Numbered from the stretch's first letter, positions 44,106 to 54,050 are shown. The stretch is DNA of 64,000 nt from Deferribacterales bacterium (GCA_050251875.1 JBFWMA010000005.1:128001-192000); one strand, 5' to 3'. The notes: generated by a model not told the origin, from the letters alone. Program-made: numbers and translations.

Positions 44106-45416
44106 ATGTTTAAAAAAATTGAAGAGATCTTCTCAATCGCAGAACTCAGAAAGAGAATCCTCTGGACACTCTTCTTTCTGTTTGTATACAGGATAGGAAC
44201 ACACGTTCCTACTCCGGGTATTGACGGCGAGGCGCTCAGCCAGTTTTTCGCGCAGCAGTCGGGCAACCTGCTCGGCTTCTTCGACATGTTTACAGGCGGC
44301 GCTCTGTCCAAACTGACCGTTTTCGGTCTGGGTGTTATGCCCTATATCTCCGCGTCCATCATCCTCGAGCTGATGACCGTGGCGGTTCCCCACCTTGCCG
44401 AGCTGAAAAAGCGCGGACAGGAGGGCAGGGACAAAATAACACGCTACACAAGGTACGGTACTGTGCTCATCAGTATGATACAGGGTCTTGGTATTGCTAT
44501 CGGTCTCGAAAGCATGACATCGCCCGCCGGCGTTCCGGTCGTTATGTTTCCCGGTATGGGATTCAGACTGGTTTCAGCCATCACACTGACAACGGGTACT
44601 ATCTTCCTTATGTGGCTTGGCGAGAAGATCACTGAAAAAGGTCTCGGTAACGGTATGTCCGTACTGATTTTCGCAGGTATCATCGCGGGATTTCCCGCAG
44701 CGGTCAGCCGCTCGATCACCCTGCTGAAATCAGGCGAACTCCAGCTCATCATGCTGGTTATAGTTCTGGGCATCATTTTTCTTGTTACTGCGGCCATCGT
44801 CTTCATGGAAACATCTAACAGACGAATACCTATACAGTATGTAAGAAAAGGCGGAAGCGGCGGTAGCGGTGCAGTGACATCCTACCTGCCGCTGAGGCTT
44901 AACCCCGCCGGGGTTATCCCGATCATTTTCGCTATGTCTATCATAGCTTTCCCCAGCACTCTGGCTACATTCAGCCAGAACCCCCTTGTGCAGAAGATCA
45001 GTTTCTGGTTTTCACCCAGTTCCTTCGCGTATTACATAATCACGCTGGGATTTATTATCTTCTTCACATATTTTTACACCTCGATAATTTTTAATCCGGA
45101 TGACATAGCCGACAACATAAACAAGTCAGGCGGTGTTATCCCCGGAAAACGTCCCGGTGCGGAAACAGCTAAATTTATCGACTTTACTCTTTCCAGACTC
45201 ACATTCGTGGGCGCTATATATCTGGGCGCTGTGGCTATCTTTCCCCAGCTGATGATTAAAGGATTCAATATGCCCTTCTATTTCGGCGGCACATCAATCC
45301 TCATCGTTATCGGTGTCGGTATGGATATGATATCCAAAATCGAATCCAGCCTGGTGACAAACAACTATGACGGCTTCCTTAAGAAGGGAAGAATTAAAGG
45401 AAGAGGTGGTTTATAA
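44106..45416 (+). CDS. secY: Preprotein translocase SecY
   Basis: LGVMPYISASII, GVIPIIFA, FGGTSILI. Confidence 0.99.
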   Translation: MFKKIEEIFSIAELRKRILWTLFFLFVYRIGTHVPTPGIDGEALSQFFAQQSGNLLGFFDMFTGGALSKLTVFGLGVMPYISASIILELMTVAVPHLAELKKRGQEGRDKITRYTRYGTVLISMIQGLGIAIGLESMTSPAGVPVVMFPGMGFRLVSAITLTTGTIFLMWLGEKITEKGLGNGMSVLIFAGIIAGFPAAVSRSITLLKSGELQLIMLVIVLGIIFLVTAAIVFMETSNRRIPIQYVRKGGSGGSGAVTSYLPLRLNPAGVIPIIFAMSIIAFPSTLATFSQNPLVQKISFWFSPSSFAYYIITLGFIIFFTYFYTSIIFNPDDIADNINKSGGVIPGKRPGAETAKFIDFTLSRLTFVGAIYLGAVAIFPQLMIKGFNMPFYFGGTSILIVIGVGMDMISKIESSLVTNNYDGFLKKGRIKGRGGL

Positions 45417-46063
45417 TGATTAATCTTATCTTTCTGGGCCCTCCCGGGGCAGGAAAAGGAACACAGTCTCAGAAAATAATAGACGACTACAGTGTTGTGC
45501 AGATATCCACAGGCGATCTCTTAAGAGCGGCTGTGAAAGCAGGCACTCCCCTTGGTAAAGAAGCAAAGGTTTACATGGACGGCGGACAGCTCGTTCCTGA
45601 CAGCCTTATTATAAATATGATGAAAGAGCGTTTTCAGTCAGCCGACTGCAAAAACGGTTTCATCCTTGACGGCTTCCCCAGAACAACAGCCCAGGCTGAG
45701 GCTCTGGACGCTATGCTCGTGAACGACCTTCAGACATCCATCACTCACATCATCAGCCTCGAGGTTGACGATGAAGTTGTTGTGACAAGAAACACAGGCA
45801 GAAGGGTGTGTCTGAAATGCGGCGCGACATATCATATAAAATTCAATCCGCCCAAACACGGCGGCGTATGCGATAATGACGGCGAAACTCTGGTTCACAG
45901 AGATGACGATCAGGAAGACGTAATCCGCAAAAGACTGGCTGTTTATCATCAGACAACAGCTCTTCTTAAAGACTACTACGGAAAGACCGGAAAATTTCAT
46001 GAACTCAACGGAGATGATAAACCCGAAAACGTATACGCGAAGATCAAAGGTATACTGGGTTAA
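45416..46063 (+). CDS. adk: Adenylate kinase
   Basis: GPPGAGKGTQ, LDGFPRT, Zn lid. Confidence 0.99.
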   Translation: MINLIFLGPPGAGKGTQSQKIIDDYSVVQISTGDLLRAAVKAGTPLGKEAKVYMDGGQLVPDSLIINMMKERFQSADCKNGFILDGFPRTTAQAEALDAMLVNDLQTSITHIISLEVDDEVVVTRNTGRRVCLKCGATYHIKFNPPKHGGVCDNDGETLVHRDDDQEDVIRKRLAVYHQTTALLKDYYGKTGKFHELNGDDKPENVYAKIKGILG

Positions 46064-46806
46064 TGGTAACAATAAAATCCCGTGCTGAGCTTGAGCTCAT
46101 GGAAGTACCCTGTAAAATAGTCGCAGAGGTACTCGAAAAACTGGAAGAATTTATAAAACCGGGAATGTCAACATTAGATATTGACAAATTCGCGGAGAAT
46201 ATAATAAACTCTCGGGATGCTCTGCCCTCGTTTAAGGGATATCGGGGCTACCCCTCCTCTGTCTGTGCATCCGTCAATGAAGTTGTGGTACACGGAATCC
46301 CCTCCCAGAGGGTGATACAAGAGGGTGATATTGTCAGCATAGATGTGGGAGCGTATAAAAACGGCTTTCACGGAGACGCCGCAAGGACTTATGCGGTGGG
46401 GACAGTATCGGAAAAAGCGGAAGATCTTATAAGAGTGACAAGAGAGTCATTCTTTAAAGGCATAGAAAAAGCCGTTGACGGCGGACGCCTCACAGACATC
46501 TCGCACGCTGTGCAGGTTTTTGTGGAGTCCCACGGATACGGAGTTGTAAGAGATTTTTTTGGTCATGGCATTGGTCGAGAACTGCACGAAGAACCAACGA
46601 TTCCCCACTATGGGAAACCGAATCGCGGGTTGCGGCTGCGTGCGGGGATGGTTTTAGCGGTGGAACCTATGGTGACCGCCGGTTATTACGGTGTTAAAAC
46701 CCTCAAAGACGGTTGGACAGCAGTCACAGAAGACGGCTCTCTAGCGGCACATTACGAAAACACTGTAGCCATCACAGCCAACGGACCGAAAATACTAACG
46801 TTGTAA
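46063..46806 (+). CDS. map: Methionine aminopeptidase type I
   Basis: VVHGIP, GHGIG..HEEP, AHYENT. Confidence 0.98.
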   Translation: MVTIKSRAELELMEVPCKIVAEVLEKLEEFIKPGMSTLDIDKFAENIINSRDALPSFKGYRGYPSSVCASVNEVVVHGIPSQRVIQEGDIVSIDVGAYKNGFHGDAARTYAVGTVSEKAEDLIRVTRESFFKGIEKAVDGGRLTDISHAVQVFVESHGYGVVRDFFGHGIGRELHEEPTIPHYGKPNRGLRLRAGMVLAVEPMVTAGYYGVKTLKDGWTAVTEDGSLAAHYENTVAITANGPKILTL

Positions 46807-46813
46807 AAGGCAT

Positions 46814-47038
46814 ATGGGAAAAAAAGAAGACGTTATCGAGGCCAGCGGGACGGTGCTTGAAGCATTACCGAACGCAATGTTCAAGGTAGAGCTTGAAAAC
46901 AAGCACGTAATCCTGTCGCATCTCTCTGGAAAAATGAGGATGCATTTTATAAGAATTCTCCCCGGAGACAAGGTGACAGTGGAGCTTTCTCCATATGACC
47001 TTTCCAGAGGCAGAATTACTTACCGACATAAGAAATGA
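46814..47038 (+). CDS. infA: Translation initiation factor IF-1
   Basis: LPNAMF, SGKMR, SPYDL. Confidence 0.99.
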   Translation: MGKKEDVIEASGTVLEALPNAMFKVELENKHVILSHLSGKMRMHFIRILPGDKVTVELSPYDLSRGRITYRHKK

Positions 47039-47049
47039 CGGGGTGAAAA

Positions 47050-47163
47050 ATGAAAGTTCGGGCTAGTGTAAAGCCTATATGCGCTAAGTGTAAAGTTATC
47101 AAACGCAAAGGGGTCATCCGCATAATATGCGAGAACCCCAGACATAAGCAGAGACAAGGTTAA
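47050..47163 (+). CDS. rpmJ: 50S ribosomal protein L36 (not in ORF track)
   Basis: Manual translation [37 protein letters not shown]. Confidence 0.98.
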   Translation: MKVRASVKPICAKCKVIKRKGVIRIICENPRHKQRQG

Positions 47164-47174
47164 GGAGGCTTTTT

Positions 47175-47543
47175 GTGGCACGTATTGCTGGTGTAGACAT
47201 ACCAAACAACAAAAAAGTCGAGGTTGGCCTGACTGCTATTTACGGCGTTGGCCGTGAAACTGCGAAAACAATACTTGGCGTCATCGGCTGCGACCTGTCC
47301 AAAAGGATAGGCGACCTTTCTGAGCAGGATATATCTGCTATCAGAAAATATATCGAGGACAATCTTCTCGTTGAGGGTGATCTTCGCAAGGAGATATCTC
47401 TCAATGTTAAGAGACTTATGGAAATCAGCTGTTACCGTGGACAGAGGCACAAGATGCACCTGCCCTGCAGAGGTCAGAAGACCAGAAGCAACGCAAGAAC
47501 CCGCAAGGGTCTCGCCGGTAAACGCGGTATCAAGAAAAAGTAA
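47175..47543 (+). CDS. rpsM: 30S ribosomal protein S13
   Basis: ARIAGVDIP, RGQKTRSNART. Confidence 0.99.
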   Translation: MARIAGVDIPNNKKVEVGLTAIYGVGRETAKTILGVIGCDLSKRIGDLSEQDISAIRKYIEDNLLVEGDLRKEISLNVKRLMEISCYRGQRHKMHLPCRGQKTRSNARTRKGLAGKRGIKKK

Positions 47544-47555
47544 GGATTAGTGAAG

Positions 47556-47939
47556 ATGGCTAAAAGAGGCTCTAAGAAAAGAGAGAAGAAAAACGTACCT
47601 AGAGGCGTTGCTCATATCAGGTCAACTTTTAACAACACTATCGTAACATTCACCGATGTGCAGGGCAACACTGTTTGCTGGGCAGCGGGCGGCGGCGTGG
47701 GTTTTAAAAACTCCCGTAAGTCTACCCCCTTCGCAGCGCAGATCGCCGCTGAACAGGCAGCTAAAAAAGCCGCCGACAACGGTATGCGTGAAGTGGAAGT
47801 TAACGTTAAAGGTCCGGGTGCCGGCCGTGAAAGCGCGATCCGTGCTATTGCCGCCGCCGGAATGAAAATAACCGTTATCAGGGACGTGACACCTGTTCCC
47901 CACAACGGTTGCAGACCCAGAAAGAAGAGAAGAGTATAA
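47556..47939 (+). CDS. rpsK: 30S ribosomal protein S11
   Basis: STFNNTI, KSTPFAA, PHNGCRP. Confidence 0.99.
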   Translation: MAKRGSKKREKKNVPRGVAHIRSTFNNTIVTFTDVQGNTVCWAAGGGVGFKNSRKSTPFAAQIAAEQAAKKAADNGMREVEVNVKGPGAGRESAIRAIAAAGMKITVIRDVTPVPHNGCRPRKKRRV

Positions 47940-47951
47940 CGGAGGCTTAAG

Positions 47952-48578
47952 TTGGCTAGGTATACAGGAGCAGTATGCAAACTCTGCCGTAGAGAGGGCA
48001 TGAAGCTCTTCCTCAAAGGAGAGCGTTGCTACAAAGATAAATGCGGTTTTGAGAAAAAACCCTTCCCTCCCGGTCAGCACGGGCAGGCACGCAAGAAAGT
48101 GAGTGACTTCGGTACTCAGCTTCGTGAGAAACAAAAAGTTAAAAGACTTTATGGTGTTCTGGAGAAACAGTTCAGAATCTATTTTGACAAGGCTACAAGA
48201 ATGCAGGGCATTACAGGTGAAAACCTGCTTCAGCTTCTTGAAAGACGTCTTGACAACATAGTTTACAGATCCGGTTTCGCCGGCAGCCGTAAAGAAGCAA
48301 GACAAATGGTCGGACACGGACACTTCCTCGTGAACGGAAAACCCGTGAATATCCCCAGTTACCTCGTAAAAGCCGGTGATGTTGTGGCTGTCTGCGAAAA
48401 AAGCAGAGAGAACTCCAGAATTAAAGAATGTCTGGAAACAGCAGAAGGCAGAGGCGTTTCAGAGTGGATAGCTCTGGATAAGCCCAACTATAAGGCATCT
48501 GTAAACAGAATGCCTGCGAGGGATGACGTAGGTTACGAAATCCAGGAACACCTGATAGTGGAACTTTACTCCAAGTAA
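47952..48578 (+). CDS. rpsD: 30S ribosomal protein S4
   Basis: [26 protein letters not shown]. Confidence 0.99.
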   Translation: MARYTGAVCKLCRREGMKLFLKGERCYKDKCGFEKKPFPPGQHGQARKKVSDFGTQLREKQKVKRLYGVLEKQFRIYFDKATRMQGITGENLLQLLERRLDNIVYRSGFAGSRKEARQMVGHGHFLVNGKPVNIPSYLVKAGDVVAVCEKSRENSRIKECLETAEGRGVSEWIALDKPNYKASVNRMPARDDVGYEIQEHLIVELYSK

Positions 48579-48601
48579 CGTTTTACACGGAGGTTAAAAT
48601 A

Positions 48602-49606
48602 ATGATCATCATGAATTTTCATGAAATCATAAAGCCCAGAAAAATTGAAGCCGTGGGCGAGGTCACTGACAGAAAAGGCGTTTATGTCGCTGAGCCTTAT
48701 GAGAAGGGTTTCGGCATAACAGTAGGTAACGCTCTGCGCCGTGTTATGCTCTCTACTATAGAGGGTACAGCGGTCACAGCCGTCAAAATAGACGGCGTAA
48801 GCAACGAGTTCGCCTCACTGGAAGGTGTTTATGAAGATGTCGTGGACATCCTGCTGAACATCAAGATGCTGGAGCTTCAACTCCATACACACGAAACAAG
48901 ACGTGTGTATATAAAGAAAAAAGGCGAGGGACCTGTAACTGCCGGAGACATCACCGGTGATACTATGGTCGAGATACTCGATCCTGCTCAGCACATCTGC
49001 ACACTGACCGATCCTAACAAAGAGCTCTACATGGAGTTCGTTGTAAAAAGAGGAATCGGATATGTGCCCGCTGAAGAGATCGAAAAAGATATGGACGAAG
49101 TGGATATGCTCGCAGTTGACGCTGTGTTCACACCCGTCAAAAAAGTAAACTACTTCGTTGAAAACGCCCGTGTAGGTCAGAGTACAGACTATGACAGGCT
49201 TACTCTGGATATCGAGACCGACGGTTCTATCAATCCTGAGGACGCGATAGGTTTCGCAGCCAAAATCATCAAAGATCAGATGAATCTTTTCATCAACTTT
49301 GATGAACCCGTGGTAGACGAGACAGTAGCGACAGAAGAGAGCCAGAATGACCACCTGCTCGACCTGCTTGATAAAAGCATCGAAGAGCTGGAGCTGTCAG
49401 TCCGCGCTTATAACTGTCTGAAAAATGCCAACATAAAGACACTTGCCGAACTCTGCATGAAAACTGACGCAGAGATGCTGAAGACTAAGAACTTCGGTCG
49501 CAAGTCTCTCGAAGAGATCAAAAAAGTTCTCTGCGAGCTTGGTCTTTCTCTGGGCATGGATCTCGAAGCCATTGGATATAACAGTATAGATTCGGAGGAA
49601 GAATAG
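48602..49606 (+). CDS. rpoA: RNA polymerase alpha subunit
   Basis: GNALRR, ARVGQ.TDYD, LSVRAYNCL, NFGRKSL. Confidence 0.99.
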   Translation: MIIMNFHEIIKPRKIEAVGEVTDRKGVYVAEPYEKGFGITVGNALRRVMLSTIEGTAVTAVKIDGVSNEFASLEGVYEDVVDILLNIKMLELQLHTHETRRVYIKKKGEGPVTAGDITGDTMVEILDPAQHICTLTDPNKELYMEFVVKRGIGYVPAEEIEKDMDEVDMLAVDAVFTPVKKVNYFVENARVGQSTDYDRLTLDIETDGSINPEDAIGFAAKIIKDQMNLFINFDEPVVDETVATEESQNDHLLDLLDKSIEELELSVRAYNCLKNANIKTLAELCMKTDAEMLKTKNFGRKSLEEIKKVLCELGLSLGMDLEAIGYNSIDSEEE

Positions 49607-49960
49607 ATGCGTCACGGTATGAGCGGAAACAGACTCGGCAGAAAACCTGCCCACAGAAAAGCGATGGTTCGCAACCTTGCGACATCTCTTGTGGACAACG
49701 GCCGTATCGAAACTACCGTTGCCAGAGCGAAGCAGCTCCGCATGTTCATAGAGCCCCTGGTTACCCTCGGCAAGAGAGGCGACCTTGCGGCAAGAAGAAC
49801 CGCGATGAGCAAACTGCCTAACAAAGATGTTGTTCATAAAATATTCGATGAGATAGCTCCTAAATTTTCCGAGCGTCCCGGCGGATATACAAGAATAATC
49901 AAAACAGGCTTTCGTCAGGGCGACAACGCTGCAATGGCGATAATCGAGTTTGTTGACTAA
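49607..49960 (+). CDS. rplQ: 50S ribosomal protein L17
   Basis: MRH, RPGGYTRI. Confidence 0.99.
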   Translation: MRHGMSGNRLGRKPAHRKAMVRNLATSLVDNGRIETTVARAKQLRMFIEPLVTLGKRGDLAARRTAMSKLPNKDVVHKIFDEIAPKFSERPGGYTRIIKTGFRQGDNAAMAIIEFVD

Positions 49961-49970
49961 ACAAAATAAA

Positions 49971-49996
49971 TAAGGGGGCTTTAAGCCCCCTTTTTA
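49971..49996. terminator. Bidirectional intrinsic terminator
   Basis: AAGGGGGCT-tta-AGCCCCCTTTTT between convergent genes. Confidence 0.85.
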
Positions 49997-50017
49997 ATTT
50001 CAATATTCAATCCAAAT

Positions 50018-50398
50018 TTACTTCTTTTTCCAGATCTCTTTTCCGGCGGCGGATGTGTCCGGCAGGTTATATGTCCATATGGCGTTCAGGTTGTTTCCTT
50101 CCTTGAACAGCATGGTGACTCCGGTCTGTGTTTTATCCGCTGAAGAGAAGACGAAAGCGAAAGTTTTGCAGTCCTTTGTTATTCCTTTGCCGAAGAAAAT
50201 CATAGCGTCAGCGCTTCCTTCGAAGCGGTAAGTGCCGGCGTATTCAGTTATTTTGATTCCGCCTGTATAGGTGGGCGCTTTTGAGAAGTTATCGCCGGGT
50301 TCCCACCCGGAAAGGTCGTATAAACCAACGATTCCGCACGGATCAGCGGCAAAAACAAAGACAGGAAATAAAAAAAGCATCGTTATAATGAATTTCAT
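50018..50398 (-). CDS. Hypothetical secreted protein
   Basis: Signal peptide MKFIITMLFLFPVFVFA, GGAG SD, beta-rich mature part. Confidence 0.75.
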   Translation of the reverse strand: MKFIITMLFLFPVFVFAADPCGIVGLYDLSGWEPGDNFSKAPTYTGGIKITEYAGTYRFEGSADAMIFFGKGITKDCKTFAFVFSSADKTQTGVTMLFKEGNNLNAIWTYNLPDTSAAGKEIWKKK

Positions 50399-50460
50399 GG
50401 CTGCTCCAGTTTGGATATAGAGATTTTAATACAAAAAAAAACTTATTAAAAGCGATTTGA

Positions 50461-52041
50461 TTAAATTTTCTTCACTGAGATATTGTACTTTTGTATACGG
50501 TAATTGATCTGACGCACAGTCATGTTGAGCATGCGCGCCGCCTTTGCCTGAACCCAGCCTGCTTTCTGGAGGGCGTCCAGAAGGCGTTCCTTGTCGGACA
50601 TCAGCTCGGCGGGAGCCTGAGGAGCGGGAGCGGTTATTTTATAATCAGATTCATCCTGCTGACCGCAGAGAGATTTGGACAGGCACATCTCTCCGGCGGC
50701 GCAGGCGAAGTGCTCTGCCTTTATCGTTCCGCTTCCGGCGCTCAGCGCCGCTCTTTCCATGCAGTTCTCCAGCTCTCTGATGTTGCCGGGAAACTGGCAG
50801 TGCATAATGGAGCTGACAGCCTGCGGGTCGAGGACGAATTTTTTATCATATGCTTTACTGAGTTTTTTTAAGATGTGCTCACAGAGCTCGGGGATGTCTT
50901 CTTTTCTTTTGCGTAAGGGGGGGAGATCGATAGTAAAAACATTTAATCTGTAATAGAGGTCCAGCCTGAACCTGCCCAGCCGGACAGCTTCCTCAAGGTT
51001 TTTGTTGGTGGCGGCGAGGATGCGTACGTCTACCTTAACTGGTTTGTCGCTGCCCAGTTTGTCCACCATCTTGTCCTGAAGCACACGGAGTAGTTTGCTC
51101 TGAGCGTCCAGCGGCATATCGCCGACCTCGTCCAGAAAGATTGTGCCTCCTTCAGAAAGCTCAAACTTGCCTTTGCGTTCAGATGAATCACCGCTGAAGG
51201 CGCCTCTGCTGTAGCCGAAAAGCTCGCTCTCTATGAATTCTGAAGGGATCGCGGCGCAGTTGACAGCCACAAAAGGCTTGTCTGAACGGCTGCTGTTATA
51301 GTGTATGGTTTTTGCCACTACCTCTTTTCCGGTGCCGCTCTCGCCTCTGATGAGGACGGAGGAGGAGGATTGGGTTACCATATTTATCTTTTCATAAACG
51401 GTCTGCATCAGCTTGCCTTTGCCAACCAGCTCTTTAAAGCTGAATTTCTCTTTAAGCTCGTTGAGCATGGAGAGTTTCTCCGCCTCGAACTGATTGCGTT
51501 CTTCCGCAACGGCACTGATGGCGCTTTCGAAATAATCGATGCGGTTAAGGAAGGACGCTATCATGTTGGCTATCATTTTGAGCACTTCCACGTCTGTGGT
51601 GATGCTGATCATTTTTGAGACAACCTTATCCACGGCGAGAACACCGTATGTCTTGCCCTGATAGTTCACGGGAACAGCGATGAAAGAAACACGCTCGCCA
51701 GTCTCCGGTCTCTTCAGCTTGTTTAAGAAGAGGGGCTCTTTATGGATATCGGGGATAAGGATGGGGACGCCCAGACGAAATACCTTGCCCACAACGCCTT
51801 CATCGCAGGCGTAGCTGATTACGGAATAATCAGGCTCGGCGATGCCTATTGTAGCCTCTATTACAAGCCTCTGTGAGTGTGAATCCTGAAGCAGGATGAA
51901 AGCCCGCTCCATGGACAGCGTGTCCTGCATCAGCTTAAGAGCTCCGGACAGAGCATGCCGTCTGTTGGCGGAGCTGTTCAGCACAACGCTGATCTCATAA
52001 ATTGTGTTCAGTGCTGTTTTGTAATAATTGATATTAACCAT
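50461..52041 (-). CDS. nifA: NifA-like sigma54 enhancer-binding protein (GAF-AAA+-HTH)
   Basis: IYEIS N-terminus, GAF, GESGTGKE, FLDEVG, GWVQAKAARML HTH; nif context; start reassigned to ATG 52041. Confidence 0.88.
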   Translation of the reverse strand: MVNINYYKTALNTIYEISVVLNSSANRRHALSGALKLMQDTLSMERAFILLQDSHSQRLVIEATIGIAEPDYSVISYACDEGVVGKVFRLGVPILIPDIHKEPLFLNKLKRPETGERVSFIAVPVNYQGKTYGVLAVDKVVSKMISITTDVEVLKMIANMIASFLNRIDYFESAISAVAEERNQFEAEKLSMLNELKEKFSFKELVGKGKLMQTVYEKINMVTQSSSSVLIRGESGTGKEVVAKTIHYNSSRSDKPFVAVNCAAIPSEFIESELFGYSRGAFSGDSSERKGKFELSEGGTIFLDEVGDMPLDAQSKLLRVLQDKMVDKLGSDKPVKVDVRILAATNKNLEEAVRLGRFRLDLYYRLNVFTIDLPPLRKRKEDIPELCEHILKKLSKAYDKKFVLDPQAVSSIMHCQFPGNIRELENCMERAALSAGSGTIKAEHFACAAGEMCLSKSLCGQQDESDYKITAPAPQAPAELMSDKERLLDALQKAGWVQAKAARMLNMTVRQINYRIQKYNISVKKI

Positions 52042-52053
52042 ACAATTATGGGA

Positions 52054-52068
52054 GCAATATGTATGCCA
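52054..52068 (-). promoter_or_regulatory. sigma54 promoter for nifA
   Basis: TGGCATACATATTGC (GG-N10-GC). Confidence 0.7.
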
Positions 52069-52220
52069 CGAAAAACGGCTCTGGAGGCTTATATTTTGTT
52101 CAATATGGGTTAAAAGTGCGTAAAAAATAGACAGTGACAGCACAAAAAATATTCATAAAACAAAACACAAGTGGAGCAAAAGTGACAATATGACAGTATT
52201 ACAACACTGATTATATAATT

Positions 52221-52235
52221 AGGCATGAAGATTGC
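52221..52235 (+). promoter_or_regulatory. sigma54 promoter for fdxB-nifZ
   Basis: AGGCATGAAGATTGC (GG-N10-GC) ~40 nt before ATG. Confidence 0.7.
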
Positions 52236-52277
52236 TTAATAATAACGCAACGAACAACAAAACGAAAGGAGAGTATA

Positions 52278-52541
52278 ATGGCTGTTATCACCGGAACCAG
52301 AAGAAACGGAACCACATGGGTTCCTAAATTCGTAACGAATCTTGATAAGGACACATGCATAGCCTGCGGACGCTGTTTCAAGGCCTGCGCTCACGGTTGC
52401 CTTGCTCTGGAAGAGTATGAGGACGACGATGTCGAAAAAATGTACATGACAATCGTGAATGAAGGCACTTGCATAGGCTGTGAAGCCTGCTCTAAGGCCT
52501 GCCCTAAAAACTGTTTCTCACACGCTGAAGCAGAGGCCTAA
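52278..52541 (+). CDS. fdxB: nif-specific ferredoxin III, 2[4Fe-4S]
   Basis: G..W.PKFV, CIACGRCFKAC and CIGCEACSKACPKNC. Confidence 0.88.
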   Translation: MAVITGTRRNGTTWVPKFVTNLDKDTCIACGRCFKACAHGCLALEEYEDDDVEKMYMTIVNEGTCIGCEACSKACPKNCFSHAEAEA

Positions 52542-52595
52542 TGTAACGACATGATCCGGGGCACTCTTGTGCCCCGTGATTTTTTGGAGGCTTGT

Positions 52596-52919
52596 ATGGA
52601 ATTAAAAGTAAACCAGAAAGTTCTGGTAAAAAAGATGATAAGAAATGACGGATCATGTCAGGGATGCAGCAGAGGCACCCCCGTGGCATATGACGGAATG
52701 TCAGGCTTCATCTGCGATATATCCGAGTTTCACTTCGAACCTGTTTATGTTGTTCATTTTATGGACATCAACAAAAAGATAGGTTTCAGAGAGCCCGAGC
52801 TGGAGGTTCTGGAAGATTTTGACGAAGAGACAGGTAAATGGACTGTCATAAAAGAGACGCCTGAGTTTGTTCCGCCAAAAGACGGCGGCTGTTCATGCAG
52901 CAGCGGTCACTGCGGATAA
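52596..52919 (+). CDS. nifZ: NifZ-family protein
   Basis: IRNDG, YVVHF, IGFREPEL; GGAGG SD; start at ATG 52596. Confidence 0.75.
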   Translation: MELKVNQKVLVKKMIRNDGSCQGCSRGTPVAYDGMSGFICDISEFHFEPVYVVHFMDINKKIGFREPELEVLEDFDEETGKWTVIKETPEFVPPKDGGCSCSSGHCG

Positions 52920-52936
52920 CAGCTTAAACATACAGC

Positions 52937-52994
52937 GGGGCCAGCGGAGATCCTTTAACGTGTTTAAGGGCTCTCCTCTGGTCTCTCTTTTTTT
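52937..52994 (+). terminator. Long hairpin with T-tract after nifZ
   Basis: GGGGCCAGCGGAG...CTCCTCTGGTCTC followed by T7. Confidence 0.6.
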
Positions 52995-53007
52995 AAGAGA
53001 TATTAAC

Positions 53008-53035
53008 GAGATAGCGATGCTTCGCTCGCTATGAC
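53008..53035. repeat. REP-like repeat family C
   Basis: GAGATAGCG...TCGCTATGAC; related to 62664-62693. Confidence 0.6.
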
Positions 53036-53042
53036 AGAGATT

Positions 53043-53170
53043 AACTCCAGGATGGAGTTCGTGGAGCGAATAAAAACGGCTTGCCGGATTTATGAGTGTA
53101 ACGTGAGCGGAATGAGGCTTTTGCCGAATGAAGCGTGATTAAAAATCTCCATGGACGGAAGATTTTTAAT
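53043..53170 (+). repeat. Structured ~130-nt element family B (copy 2)
   Basis: Colinear motifs shared with the reverse complement of 15722-15853. Confidence 0.6.
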
Positions 53171-53190
53171 AAAACAAATTGTCGGATTTT

Positions 53191-54015
53191 TTAATAATAA
53201 TTAACATTGGTATCGTATCGTCCGCCGAGGACGAGATATTCCTTCTCTCCGCAGAAGCTGAGATTGGGAAGCACCTCAGAAAAGAAGACAATCTTTGTAT
53301 AGGGTATTTCGGATGTGAGGATATAGTCGCCGAACTGGGACGCTATCTCTTGATCAGATGTAAAAGATACCAGTGAATTTTGTTCTATGCAGATCCGTGT
53401 TTTGTCATACTCTTTTACTACCAGATGCTCGGAAAGATCGTTCACGCCTCTGTAGAGGGTTATCTTCGGAAGATGCTTTCTATAGAAGGTTTCCAGAATA
53501 CACTGCGTGTAGGTATAGAGGAGATCGAGCTGATGAAAAATAAGGTTTTTGTTATGCCTGCTGTCCATCTTTTCGACCATGAAGCCGTAATATGCCTCGC
53601 AGTCAACGTCTGTGATGATCTCTTTATGAAAGAAAGGAGTAATGCCGAACCGGCTCTCCACCCATCCCTTCATCACGGCGCCCTCAACAGAGTTGGAATC
53701 GAAGAGCCATCCTTTCAGAAGTCTGGTATAGCTGCCCATCTTTTTCCCGTTGTGTTTTTCATTAAGGGAAAAGAGGGTTTCCATGGCGTTGGTAAAGGTG
53801 ACGGCGGCGTCTTTAACTGTGCTCGCCTGTTTGATCGTATTAAAAATATCCGCGTAATATTCCCACACGCCGCTGATTGTTATCGGCAGTACGTTCAGGT
53901 TGTATTCCGCGCTTACAAACATATATGTGGGAATATTGATAAGGTTGGTGAAATGATAAAACCTTTTAATATCCTTCAGCGTGCTGATGCTTGTATTTTG
54001 TTTTTGTACACCCAT
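53191..54015 (-). CDS. draT: NAD+--dinitrogen-reductase ADP-ribosyltransferase
   Basis: SY.RLLKGW.FDSN..EGAVMKGWVESRFG, QLDLLY, LYRGVN, GE.EYLV.GG; start uncertain (54015 or 54033). Confidence 0.9.
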   Translation of the reverse strand: MGVQKQNTSISTLKDIKRFYHFTNLINIPTYMFVSAEYNLNVLPITISGVWEYYADIFNTIKQASTVKDAAVTFTNAMETLFSLNEKHNGKKMGSYTRLLKGWLFDSNSVEGAVMKGWVESRFGITPFFHKEIITDVDCEAYYGFMVEKMDSRHNKNLIFHQLDLLYTYTQCILETFYRKHLPKITLYRGVNDLSEHLVVKEYDKTRICIEQNSLVSFTSDQEIASQFGDYILTSEIPYTKIVFFSEVLPNLSFCGEKEYLVLGGRYDTNVNYY

Positions 54016-54050
54016 GAATAAGAAATAGAGCATAACGTGAGAGTTTGCAA

